NCBI GenBank assembly: GCA_000146045.2 | Contig: BK006936.2 | Location: forward strand, 448,001-512,000 | Origin: TPA_inf: Saccharomyces | Lineage: Eukaryota | DNA length: 64,000 bases | Direction: 5' to 3' | In this document: positions 1 to 10,871 of the stretch, one piece after another | Numbering within the stretch: position 1 is the stretch's first letter | Layout of the letters: each line of letters opens with the position of its first letter | Translations under genes and position numbers: made by a program | The notes under the pieces: model-generated | The model's input: only the letters and a program-made list of their open reading frames with translations | What the model was told of the DNA's origin: nothing | Database searches by the model: none

Positions 1-1316
1 TTCCTGAGATCTCTTCTGAAGGAAGGTTCACTTTGGAAACCAATTCCGAGAGTAATAAAGCAGGTGAAGATGGCGCTAGTACTGTTGAAAGAGAAACCCA
101 AGAGGACGATACTAATTCTATTGACAGTAGTGATGACCTAGACGGATTTGTCAAAATACTGAAGGAGATAGTAAAATTAGATAATATTGTTTCCTCCACT
201 TGGAATCCATTGGATGAATCTATACTCGCATACGGTGAAAAAAATTCTGTTGCAAGACTAGCGAGGATAGTAGAAACCGATCAAGAAGGGAAAAAATACT
301 GGAAACTCACGATAATAGCGGAGTTGAGACATCCTTTTGCTCTGAGTGCAAGTAGTGGTAAAACGACGAATCAAGTCACATGTCTTGCTTGGTCACACGA
401 TGGTAATTCAATTGTCACGGGTGTAGAAAATGGTGAGCTAAGACTATGGAATAAGACGGGGGCACTTCTGAATGTTTTAAATTTTCATAGAGCACCTATA
501 GTATCCGTTAAATGGAACAAAGATGGAACACATATCATATCCATGGACGTGGAAAATGTCACTATACTCTGGAATGTTATAAGCGGGACCGTCATGCAGC
601 ACTTTGAATTAAAAGAAACCGGTGGCTCATCCATCAACGCAGAGAACCATAGTGGCGATGGTTCACTTGGGGTTGACGTTGAATGGGTAGACGATGACAA
701 ATTTGTCATTCCTGGCCCTAAAGGTGCTATATTTGTATACCAAATTACAGAAAAAACGCCCACTGGTAAACTTATTGGACACCATGGACCTATCAGCGTT
801 TTGGAGTTCAATGACACCAATAAACTTCTACTTAGTGCCTCAGACGATGGTACTCTAAGAATATGGCATGGCGGTAACGGCAATTCTCAGAATTGCTTCT
901 ACGGACACTCACAAAGCATAGTATCGGCATCATGGGTCGGTGATGATAAGGTAATATCCTGCTCGATGGATGGCTCCGTTCGCCTATGGTCGCTGAAGCA
1001 GAATACGCTATTGGCTCTATCAATCGTGGATGGTGTCCCAATTTTTGCTGGAAGAATATCACAAGATGGACAGAAGTACGCAGTTGCTTTCATGGATGGG
1101 CAGGTAAACGTCTACGATTTAAAAAAACTGAACAGCAAGTCACGAAGTCTTTATGGTAACCGTGATGGGATTTTGAATCCATTACCAATTCCCCTCTACG
1201 CTAGCTACCAAAGCAGCCAAGACAATGATTATATATTTGATCTGTCATGGAACTGTGCGGGAAACAAGATTTCTGTAGCATACTCGCTTCAAGAAGGTTC
1301 AGTTGTAGCCATATAA
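1..1316 (+). CDS. SIF2: SIF2 (YBR103W), 3' portion. WD40-repeat subunit of the Set3C histone deacetylase complex. The reading frame is open from the window edge (first full codon at position 3), so the 5' end lies upstream of the window.
   Basis: The ORF runs to the window edge with no upstream stop. WD40 repeats show GH...WD spacing (LAWSHDGNSIVTG, LRLWN, SVRLWS). Neighbours YMC2 and VID24 fit the chrII gene order. Confidence 0.85.
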   Translation, partial: PEISSEGRFTLETNSESNKAGEDGASTVERETQEDDTNSIDSSDDLDGFVKILKEIVKLDNIVSSTWNPLDESILAYGEKNSVARLARIVETDQEGKKYWKLTIIAELRHPFALSASSGKTTNQVTCLAWSHDGNSIVTGVENGELRLWNKTGALLNVLNFHRAPIVSVKWNKDGTHIISMDVENVTILWNVISGTVMQHFELKETGGSSINAENHSGDGSLGVDVEWVDDDKFVIPGPKGAIFVYQITEKTPTGKLIGHHGPISVLEFNDTNKLLLSASDDGTLRIWHGGNGNSQNCFYGHSQSIVSASWVGDDKVISCSMDGSVRLWSLKQNTLLALSIVDGVPIFAGRISQDGQKYAVAFMDGQVNVYDLKKLNSKSRSLYGNRDGILNPLPIPLYASYQSSQDNDYIFDLSWNCAGNKISVAYSLQEGSVVAI

Positions 1317-1666
1317 TAACTAGGTACAGTACATAAACAGATGAATTTTATCATTCTTATTGTTATTTCTTTGTTTACAAAAGGTGAAAAGTGAAAAATT
1401 TCGCAATGGAAAACGTCGCGGGCCGCCTTTGAGTGACGTTGTGCAGGAATCTCGAAGAGTCATCACTTTGAAGATAACGGCCGCTCGCGATGAGAGAAGA
1501 CAATGAGCATTGCTTTTTTATAATTTTTTATACCTTGTGTTAAAATAAGTTTCTTTAATTAGTTTTCACCTCTTGGATGATACAACTGTAATTGATAAAT
1601 AGGGGTAGCCATAAAGAACAGAAAAAAGCGGCGCAATAATTTCGTGTATTACAATTACAGTTAGTC

Positions 1667-2656
1667 ATGAGTGAAGAATTTCCTACGCCGCAGCTTTTGG
1701 ATGAATTGGAAGATCAACAGAAAGTTACCACGCCGAATGAGAAGAGAGAGTTAAGTTCTAATCGTGTGTTGAAGGATATTTTTGCGGGTACCATCGGTGG
1801 TATTGCACAAGTTCTTGTAGGGCAACCGTTTGATACAACAAAAGTTAGGCTTCAAACAGCCACCACAAGAACAACAACGTTGGAGGTATTGCGTAACTTG
1901 GTAAAGAATGAGGGTGTGTTTGCATTCTACAAAGGTGCGTTAACACCGTTATTGGGTGTTGGTATATGTGTCTCAGTACAATTTGGTGTGAATGAGGCGA
2001 TGAAAAGATTTTTCCAAAATTACAACGCTTCTAAGAACCCGAATATGAGCTCACAGGACGTAGATCTTTCACGTTCAAATACTCTGCCACTATCCCAGTA
2101 CTACGTTTGTGGGTTGACAGGTGGTGTAGTCAATTCATTCTTGGCATCGCCCATTGAACAAATAAGAATTCGTTTGCAGACGCAAACATCTAATGGTGGA
2201 GACAGAGAATTCAAAGGTCCTTGGGACTGTATTAAAAAATTGAAAGCTCAAGGTGGATTGATGAGGGGTTTATTTCCCACAATGATAAGAGCCGGACATG
2301 GGCTTGGTACATATTTTCTTGTCTACGAAGCATTGGTTGCCAGAGAAATTGGTACGGGACTAACAAGAAACGAAATTCCTCCTTGGAAATTATGCTTATT
2401 TGGTGCATTTTCCGGGACAATGTTGTGGTTGACAGTATACCCATTGGACGTTGTGAAATCCATTATACAAAACGATGATTTACGAAAACCTAAATACAAG
2501 AATTCCATTTCTTACGTAGCAAAGACCATTTATGCAAAAGAAGGTATCAGAGCCTTTTTCAAAGGGTTTGGGCCAACAATGGTTAGGTCCGCGCCCGTTA
2601 ATGGTGCGACATTCCTGACGTTTGAATTAGTCATGAGATTTCTGGGGGAAGAGTAG
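1667..2656 (+). CDS. YMC2: YMC2 (YBR104W), a 329-aa mitochondrial carrier family protein with three tandem carrier repeats.
   Basis: Carrier signatures PFDTTKVRLQ, PIEQIRIRLQ and PLDVVKSIIQ (Px[DE]xx[KR]x[KR]). The length 329 aa matches. Confidence 0.9.
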   Translation: MSEEFPTPQLLDELEDQQKVTTPNEKRELSSNRVLKDIFAGTIGGIAQVLVGQPFDTTKVRLQTATTRTTTLEVLRNLVKNEGVFAFYKGALTPLLGVGICVSVQFGVNEAMKRFFQNYNASKNPNMSSQDVDLSRSNTLPLSQYYVCGLTGGVVNSFLASPIEQIRIRLQTQTSNGGDREFKGPWDCIKKLKAQGGLMRGLFPTMIRAGHGLGTYFLVYEALVAREIGTGLTRNEIPPWKLCLFGAFSGTMLWLTVYPLDVVKSIIQNDDLRKPKYKNSISYVAKTIYAKEGIRAFFKGFGPTMVRSAPVNGATFLTFELVMRFLGEE

Positions 2657-2880
2657 GAGAGTATATATGAAAACATCGTTTTATAGATATAGACATAGAC
2701 ATGCTGTTATCATACCAAATAGAAAAGTGTACAGTCTTTTAGTGATTATCATCTATGTGGTGTCAAACTAAGAAATTATATCGATCGTTACAGAATATAT
2801 GATGAGGGAATATGCATAAAAAAAAATCTAAAGTTAGTGAAGAGAAAAGGGTATGCAGGTAAAAACGAATATATCACACA

Positions 2881-3969
2881 TCAAGCAAACTCAAAAGAAC
2901 AATCACTGGACTCGACTTTATTTTTCAAAGATGGTACTAATTCCAGCTGTTGGAACTTTTCAGCATCTTGATGATAGTAAAACCCTTGAATGTTCCCGGT
3001 AACTTGATCATGGACAATGTAATAAAACCCATCATAAGATGCGCCGTCTACACCTTCCATTAATAGGGCATCTGGTACCAAAAATTTTTCCTTCCATTTC
3101 ATAAATATAAACCGTTCGTTCAAGTAGTTGTCAAATTGTTTCTCTTGGCTAAAAATTCTTGATATGTTACCAGCGTCTGCGCTTGGTGTAGTAGGAAGCT
3201 GCTGTGGAGGCAACTTCTTGGCTGCATTTGTAGTGCCATTGTCGTCAGTTGAGTTGAGACCGTTTTTTTGGCTCATCAGGAAAAGCTGTCTAAAGGAGGG
3301 GAAATTTATCCAGTGTTCTAAGTCTGTTTGGTCTGTGGCTTTGAATTCGTTTAAAACAGGTTCATCTTTCCAGCTAGAGGACAAGAACCCTAATTCCTTG
3401 TGGTTTACCGCGTAGGCTTCAAAATATGTACTGATTTCCGGGTGTTGGTTCGTGAGTCCTCTTATCGACAAAAATCCAGATAAATGAGGGGACAGCGACG
3501 TGCAATCTTTCTTTGGCAAATCTACAGTCTTTAAGTTAACTGTTACCTGATAGCGTTTGTATCCTGATATCTGGTACCCTGTAAACTGCATTCTTGGTCT
3601 TAAGTAGTTTGTGCAAACCGTATGGTTATAGGAAGAGGTCACAATGACTGGATTTTCCGAACTATAGGGAGATTGGTCCTCAACAATATATTTCTTCCTT
3701 GTCGACCCATTAGGTGTATGGGCGAGTTGCTGCAGGGAAGACAACGAATCCCTAGAAGCGCACTTGTAAAGATCTTGCTCTTGTAAGTAGCGATGACGGT
3801 CATGAAGATGAAAGGGTGCGGTTGAAGTCAAGTTGAACGTGATCGGATACTGATTTCTAGAAACAGGGGGGGCTGGTGTTGGTTCTGGCGAAGCCGCTTG
3901 CTCCGACTGCTTTGATGTCACAGCTTTGGGTTTCTCCGCTACACTGTCTACCTTAGGATTATTGATCAT
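2881..3969 (-). CDS. VID24: VID24/GID4 (YBR105C), 362 aa. Substrate-recognition subunit of the GID ubiquitin ligase, which recognises the Pro/N-degron.
   Basis: A 362-aa ORF with an S/T/P-rich N-terminus and a C-terminal beta-barrel-type sequence, at the expected position between YMC2 and PHO88. Confidence 0.85.
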   Translation of the reverse strand: MINNPKVDSVAEKPKAVTSKQSEQAASPEPTPAPPVSRNQYPITFNLTSTAPFHLHDRHRYLQEQDLYKCASRDSLSSLQQLAHTPNGSTRKKYIVEDQSPYSSENPVIVTSSYNHTVCTNYLRPRMQFTGYQISGYKRYQVTVNLKTVDLPKKDCTSLSPHLSGFLSIRGLTNQHPEISTYFEAYAVNHKELGFLSSSWKDEPVLNEFKATDQTDLEHWINFPSFRQLFLMSQKNGLNSTDDNGTTNAAKKLPPQQLPTTPSADAGNISRIFSQEKQFDNYLNERFIFMKWKEKFLVPDALLMEGVDGASYDGFYYIVHDQVTGNIQGFYYHQDAEKFQQLELVPSLKNKVESSDCSFEFA

Positions 3970-4435
3970 GACTCAAGCTTGCGATATGTGTTGGTGTCAT
4001 GCACAAGACGCCACAAATGATAGAACAGAAAAGAAAGTGAACTAATCTTCCAAGACGAAGAAAACCAAAATCCGGGATGAGTTGAAAGTCAAAAAGACTG
4101 TATATATAAATTTCAACTTTTGTAGAAGATGCAGAAAAAGAAAATGATATGGTATGCAGAAAAAGAAATAAACCGCTATTATCCTCGCGGTTTGTCATTA
4201 TAACAGGCAATTACACTAGAGAAAGCCGCACACCTCCCTCCGTTTCTTTTGCCCTGCGAGTTTTTCCGGAAAAGAAAAAAAAAACGAAAATTAAAACCCG
4301 CCTGCCCCGCGGGGTGGGGGAGGGGTCACCGGAACAAATCGGATAATCCCTCGCCTGCCTTAGATATCGTTCTGAACGGCTGAAATTATGAAAGAAGAAG
4401 AACATCACTTTACACGGATCGCACGCCCATAATTC

Positions 4436-4451
4436 TTTTTTTTTTTTTTTT
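4436..4451. promoter_or_regulatory. Poly(dT) tract (T16) in the VID24/PHO88 divergent promoter. It is probably a nucleosome-excluding element.
   Basis: A homopolymer run was seen directly. Poly(dA:dT) tracts are typical of yeast promoter nucleosome-depleted regions. Confidence 0.6.
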
Positions 4452-4657
4452 CATATCTTCGACGTTTGCCACTGCCTTCTCTTTTTCTTTCTTTTTTGGC
4501 GGCCGGTGGCCAAACGCGCCAAAACCGAAACGCTTATAAAATGTAGTTGCCTTGCTCTTTCATTCGATATACATATAAGAACGCTCACTGTTATCTTACA
4601 TTAGAAGCTAGAAACTATAACAGTATAACACAGCACAAGAGAACCGAGCAGCCCGCC

Positions 4658-5224
4658 ATGAATCCTCAAGTCAGTAACATCATCATCATGTTGGTCATGA
4701 TGCAACTCTCCCGTCGCATTGACATGGAGGACCCAACCATCATCATGTACATTAGAATTTTATACTGTTCTTCCATCGGTATCTCTTGGATCATCTACCA
4801 AATGGCCAGAAAGAGAATTGTTGCTAAAAACGACATGACTACCATGAAGTACGTCGAACCTGGTAATGCTATGTCCGGCGAAGGTGAGAAGCTGCAAGTT
4901 ACTACCGTCAGAGACTACGATTTGAAGGAAATAGACAGTGCTATCAAGTCTATCTACACTGGTATGGCTATGATGGGTTTCATGCATTTGTACTTGAAAT
5001 ACACCAACCCATTGTTCATGCAATCCATTTCTCCAGTGAAAAGCGCTTTGGAACACAACGAAGTGAAAATTCACCTCTTCGGTAAGCCTGCAACCGGCGA
5101 TTTGAAGAGACCATTCAAGGCTCCATCTTTGTTTGGTGGTATGGGTCAAACTGGTCCAAAGACCGACAAGAAATCTATCGAAGAAGCTGAAAGAGCCGGT
5201 AACGCTGGTGTTAAGGCTGAATGA
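4658..5224 (+). CDS. PHO88: PHO88/SND3 (YBR106W), a 188-aa ER membrane protein. The ORF-track entry 4547..5224 is an upstream non-ATG extension, and the real ATG is at 4658.
   Basis: The protein from MNPQVSNIIIMLVMMQLSRR... is 188 aa with an N-terminal TM segment. ATG sits at 4658-4660. Confidence 0.88.
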   Translation: MNPQVSNIIIMLVMMQLSRRIDMEDPTIIMYIRILYCSSIGISWIIYQMARKRIVAKNDMTTMKYVEPGNAMSGEGEKLQVTTVRDYDLKEIDSAIKSIYTGMAMMGFMHLYLKYTNPLFMQSISPVKSALEHNEVKIHLFGKPATGDLKRPFKAPSLFGGMGQTGPKTDKKSIEEAERAGNAGVKAE

Positions 5225-5792
5225 TTCGATCAAAAGCGAAGTATTTTTTTTTCCTAGTTTTTATGTAAAAATATATTCATTTTTTTCTCTACGCAGTTGC
5301 TGCAGTGTTATAAGAAAAATAGAATGAAATAAGATAAAGCTAGACGAATTGTGTCTATTTTCCTACATCGCCATAGAATTGCTTTTTTTTTCTTGATTAG
5401 ATGAAATGAAAACAAGGAACTCTATTTGTTTTCATTTTGTTGGGCTTATCATGTAAAGAAAAATGAGTCGTGTCCTCTTTTTCCTCGTGCTTGTATGACT
5501 GCCGCACTTTCCGCTAAGTGCGCTCGTCTATATGATTTTATGCAAATATATACTGAAAGTTCAACAAAATTAAACTATGTGAACATTAGTTCATAGCAGC
5601 CATTGGCCCGTTGTGTCGGGATCTCTACACTAAATTGTAATGTCTCTGGGATTTTGTGGGGTGTCATTGCAGATATGACGAACCGGATATTACTGATAAT
5701 GACGATGATTCATGAAGGTCTTCAGGTTCATATGTACAAAAAAGGTAGAGCTGTGGTTTTTTATTGTATCTTGGTGAATATTCTTTATAGTG

Positions 5793-6530
5793 TTACTCGC
5801 TGGTAAACTGAATCGATTGGAGTACAACTGCTAGAACTCTGTTCCTGAGACTTCGTGTTGAAGTGACAATGGATTCTCTCATTATTTTCGTGTGCCCTGC
5901 CAATATGACGGAAGTCAACGGTAATCTTTCCACCGCCATCCCCGTTTCATTATAAATGTAGGGTACAATTGCATCGTTATACGGGTGCATAGTATTACCA
6001 TAGCCAAGAGCCAAACCCTCACAGCTTTCTCTCGGTATTTCTATACTGAATTGCCGCAAGTTTTTGTCTTGTGTTTCTGGTTCAAAATATAACTTTGAGC
6101 TAAACCAGGTAATTTGTTCGATGTTCTCTTTCGTTACGTGCACAATGCTGGCGTCAGCTAACTTTATCATGGTCTTCTGTTCAAATTTTATCGGCCACAT
6201 AATGACACCGTACTCTGCCTTCAGCCACTGCAATACCACTTCATTGCGGTTATCTGTCCCGCAATAGCACAAAAACATCGGCACCTCCATTTTTGAGTTC
6301 CCCAAGAAAATGAACTTAGAGTAAGTGCCCTCATCTAAATTAGAGATGTCCAACCTCATTTCGTAACGGATATACTCGTCAGCGGCGGTACCACCATCAG
6401 GATCACTGGGTACTCGAATGGTTTGAATGTCTAAATCTACTTCCAGGTTTAGCAATTGGTTCAACTTTGCTATACCATTTTCCAGTGAAAGTTGCTTGCT
6501 GATTCCTAAAAACTTCCAAGTATAAGGCAT
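5793..6530 (-). CDS. IML3: IML3 (YBR107C), 245 aa. Outer kinetochore protein of the Ctf19 complex, homologous to CENP-L. The start is trimmed to the second Met of the ORF-track entry.
   Basis: The ORF-track 257-aa entry is trimmed by 12 codons to MPYTWKFLGI..., giving the 245 aa known for Iml3. Confidence 0.85.
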   Translation of the reverse strand: MPYTWKFLGISKQLSLENGIAKLNQLLNLEVDLDIQTIRVPSDPDGGTAADEYIRYEMRLDISNLDEGTYSKFIFLGNSKMEVPMFLCYCGTDNRNEVVLQWLKAEYGVIMWPIKFEQKTMIKLADASIVHVTKENIEQITWFSSKLYFEPETQDKNLRQFSIEIPRESCEGLALGYGNTMHPYNDAIVPYIYNETGMAVERLPLTSVILAGHTKIMRESIVTSTRSLRNRVLAVVLQSIQFTSE

Positions 6531-6821
6531 TCCATCCAAAGGAAGTACGTTGATACCTATAGACAATCAAATCAACCATGCAGTCGACCAGATCATCCCA
6601 CTATGGTTGTTGTCTATTTCATATCGGTGTCGGCATTTTTTTTTCCCGTAGTACCACTGGATCTGCCTAAATCGCGCTTCAGGAAAACCAGGGACCACCC
6701 TATTTTTTTATATTTCATCATCTAAATTAAGTGTATACATATATGGATAAAGTCATTTTGAGTTTACATAATCGTATGTTCGAGAGAGGTCTTTCATAAA
6801 AAAATCAAGTTATCAACCAGC

Positions 6822-7756
6822 ATGGGATTTTGGGAGAACAACAAAGATTCCATCACTTCAGGGCTGAAGAGCGCCGGTAAATATGGTTACCAAGGAACAA
6901 AGTACGTTGCCAAGACAGGGTATAAGGCAAGTAAGAAGCACTATAACAACAGCAAAGCGCGTAGGGAAAGGAAGAGTGGTAAGAAAAATTCAAGTGATGA
7001 GGAGTATGATAGCGAAGATGAGATGGAGTACGAAAGAAAGCCGACCGATATAAGAAGTTTAAAAGACCCAAAGTCCTTTCCTCCCCCACCTTTGAAACCT
7101 GGACAAAAAACTTATACAGGACAACAGCAACAGCAAATGCCAAATGGTCAGGCCAGTTATGCTTTTCAGGGTGCATACCAAGGCCAACCTGGCGCAGGAT
7201 CGACGGAACAGTCACAATACGCACAACCACAGTATAATCAGTATCCACAACAGCAGCTGCAACAAGGTGTAATGCCACAGCAACAGCAGCTGCAACAAGG
7301 TGTAGTGCCACAGCAGCCGCCTATATATGGAGAGCAAGTACCACCGTATGGGTCAAATTCTAATGCAACCAGCTACCAGTCGCTGCCGCAACAAAATCAA
7401 CCCCAAAATGCAATTCCAAGTCAGGTATCTCTGAACTCTGCTTCTCAGCAAAGCACAGGGTTTGTCTCGCAAAATCTGCAATATGGTACCCAATCAAGTA
7501 ATCCGGCACCATCACCGTCTTTCCAGAACGGTCTTCAGTGTCATCAGCAGCCGCAATACGTATCACATGGCTCAACCAATCTCGGACAATCCCAATTTCC
7601 ATCGGGCCAACAGCAGCAGCCCACGACACAGTTTGGCCAGCAAGTTTTACCATCACCTGCACAACCACAACAGCAACAACAAGGGCAACCATTACCGCCC
7701 CCGCGCGGTCAAGTGATCTTGCCAGCGCCCGGAGAGCCTCTGTCAAATGGCTTTGG

Positions 7757-7791
<35 letters not shown>

Positions 7792-9665
7792 CTCTGAACC
7801 AAAACAACGCTTTGTTGCCACAAATGAACGTGGAAGGAGTTTCTGGGATGGCTGCGGTTCAGCCTGTCTATGGCCAAGCCATGTCAAGTACTACAAACAT
7901 GCAAGATTCGAACCCCAGCTATGGAGCTTCACCCATGCAAGGTCAGCCTCCAGTCGGTGGACAACCGCCTGTGCCTGTAAGAATGCAGCCACAGCCACCG
8001 CAACCAATGCAACAGGGAAACATCTATCCGATTGAGCCTTCTCTTGATTCTACTGGCTCAACCCCACATTTTGAAGTTACTCCATTTGACCCAGACGCAC
8101 CTGCTCCGAAGCCCAAAATCGATATTCCCACTGTAGACGTTAGTAGCCTTCCACCACCTCCCACTCATAGGGATAGAGGAGCAGTTGTACACCAGGAACC
8201 TGCGCCAAGTGGGAAAATACAGCCTAACACAACCTCTTCGGCGGCTTCATTGCCAGCAAAGCATTCAAGAACTACTACTGCAGACAATGAAAGGAACTCT
8301 GGAAACAAAGAAAACGATGAAAGTACCTCCAAGTCGTCCATTTTAGGACATTATGATGTAGATGTCAACATCATGCCACCTCCAAAACCTTTCAGACATG
8401 GACTTGATTCTGTACCTTCTGAGCACACCACGAAGAACGCACCAGAACGGGCAGTGCCAATTCTACCTCCTCGGAACAATGTTGAGCCTCCTCCTCCCCC
8501 ATCACGAGGCAATTTTGAGAGGACAGAGTCGGTGCTGTCAACGAATGCCGCTAATGTACAGGAGGATCCCATTTCTAATTTTTTACCTCCACCGAAGCCA
8601 TTTAGACATACTGAAACTAAACAAAATCAGAATAGTAAAGCATCACCTGTAGAAATGAAGGGTGAAGTTTTGCCAGGGCACCCCTCTGAGGAAGATAGAA
8701 ACGTTGAACCATCGTTGGTACCTCAATCGAAACCGCAATCGCAATCTCAATTCAGAAGAGCTCATATGGAGACACAGCCTATTCAAAACTTCCAGCCACC
8801 ACCAAAACCATTTAGGCGTTCACAATCGTCCAATTCTAGTGATAGTTCTTATACTATCGACGGACCTGAGGCAAATCATGGGCGTGGGCGTGGGCGTATA
8901 GCTAAGCACCATGATGGTGATGAATACAACCCCAAGAGTGAGAATTCTACAGAAAACGGTCGTTTGGGTGATGCCCCCAACAGCTTTATTAGAAAAAGAG
9001 CGCCAACCCCTCCGGCCCCATCCAGATCTGAGAAGTTACATGAGGGTACTATAACATCCGAAGTTGATAGTTCAAAAGATGCTAATAAATATGAAAAGTC
9101 AATACCTCCTGTAACTTCGTCTATTCAAGCGCAACAGTCTACGAAGAAGGCGCCTCCTCCTGTTGTAAAGCCAAAACCTAGAAATTTTTCTTTAAAGGCC
9201 AATGAATATCCCAAGGAACTTACTAGGGAAGCAACTGGACAAGATGAAGTTTTAAACTCCATTACCAATGAGTTGTCGCATATCAAATTAAGAAAAACAA
9301 ACGTTAATTTGGAAAAGTTAGGCGGTTCGAAAAAAGTGAAGGACTCTAGCCCTGTTCCCTCAGATCTAGATGAAAAATATGTGTCTGCATCGGGGTCTAT
9401 TACTCCACCAAGGCCTCCACCTTCTAGGTCTAGTCCAAAGAAAGTGCCGCCTGTTGTCCCAAAAAAGAATGATAACCTGAAGAAAAAGCCACCAGTGGTC
9501 CCAAAGAAAAAGCCATTACTAAAATCGCTCGAACCAAGACCTATTGAAATGGAGAGGGCCTATTCGGGAGATATTTCTGCTGCTGACGATAACTTAAATC
9601 CTTTTGAAAGATACAAACGAAATGTTGTTCCTCAAGAAGATGACAGACTGCATAAATTAAAATAA
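6822..9665 (+). CDS. AIM3: AIM3 (YBR108W), 947 aa. Q- and P-rich actin-patch protein with a proline-motif SH3 ligand.
   Basis: A 947-aa ORF with a long Q/N/P-rich low-complexity region, three PPPKPFRH repeats, and a C-terminal KKxPPVVPKK duplication. Confidence 0.88.
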
Positions 9666-9918
9666 TGAAATAGCTACGCAACATTGAACTTAATACTGGC
9701 TAAATTTAGTTATCCGCCTTGGTAAACAATCCGTATCCTTTATTTAAACTGTCTTCTCAGGAACATTACTTATCTACATAAATAACATTAACCCTGTCTA
9801 CGTACAGTATATATTTGCGTGTGGTTGTCAAACTTTAGATGAAACGATACTCAACGAATACTATAAAACCAGAATGGTAAGGGTAAGATAGCGGGAGCAA
9901 AAAATCACAAGGATGCAC

Positions 9919-10362
9919 CTATTTAGATAACAAAGCAGCGAATTGTTGAATGTTGATCTCGCCTGATCCATCACTAACCTCTCTTAGCATATCATCTACT
10001 TCGGCATCAGTCAATTTTTCACCAATGGATGTTAGCACGTGTTTCAACTCAGCGGCGGAGATTAAACCATCACCGTTCTTATCGAATACTTTAAAAGCTT
10101 CTAGTAGTTCTTGTTCAGAGTCATTTGATTTGAGTTGACGAGACATCAGAGCCAAAAATTCACTAAATTCGATTTGATGGTTACCATCAACATCTATTTC
10201 GTTCATCAAATCATTTACTTCTGCTTCACTGGGCGAAAGACCCAATGACCTCATCACAGTGGCCAATTCACTTGATGAGATAGAGCCATTGTTATCTTTA
10301 TCAAAGAGGGCAAAGGCTTCTTTGAATTCAGCAATTTGTTCTTCGGTAAGATTGGAGGACAT
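9919..10362 (-). CDS. CMD1: CMD1 (YBR109C), calmodulin, 147 aa.
   Basis: Four EF-hand loops ([36 protein letters not shown]) and an exact calmodulin-like sequence of 147 aa. Confidence 0.97.
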
Positions 10363-10871
10363 TGTACTTTTTTATTTGTATTAACTAAGCTCTTTCTTTG
10401 TAGTTCGATAGTTTCCGGTCAAGAATAAGATTTCTATCCAGTCAGAGTACCCTTGTGAGTTAACAAGATCTCTTGTTAAACACCTTCTTACGCGGGCAAT
10501 AAAAAATTCTAAGAATAAAGTCATATCACAGTACACGAAAATATAAATACATCTTGAAAATGTCTCAAATTGGGTGGAAAAGAGGGTGCTTGAATTCATT
10601 AGGACATATGGTTGATGTTCTCAGGTTCTACTTATGTTTGCTTTGTCGATTTTTGCATGCTTTGACTGTGACTTTCCTGTCTGATATCTTTGTATGGCTT
10701 GTTGCTAAAACAAGGTCAATCCAAGCAGTGATCATCTTGCACGTTGCTTCAATAGAACGCGCATATAGCAATCATCAAGTTAATTGGTCATATATCTTTC
10801 AATCAGCAATTAGCAAAGCCATTAGAGGGTAATTGTAACGGCATTTTAGGGGCTATAGTCAATTGGTGAAA

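Noticed and set aside
4547-4657. N-terminal extensions in the ORF track for PHO88 (4547), ALG1 (10863), IML3 (to 6566), MRPL36 (to 36560), TFC1 (38697), PTC4 (40395), OPY1 (47360), SHE3 (48878) and AGP2 (53451).
   Set aside because: The ORF caller uses TTG, CTG, GTG or the earliest in-frame start. The recognised protein N-termini begin at downstream ATGs. GRS1 is the one case where an upstream non-AUG start is biologically supported.
6853-7887. ORFs antisense to the AIM3 Q-rich region (6853..7311, 7360..7887, 7538..8035).
   Set aside because: They are repeat-driven and low-complexity (A/V/T-rich), falling inside the well-supported AIM3 CDS.
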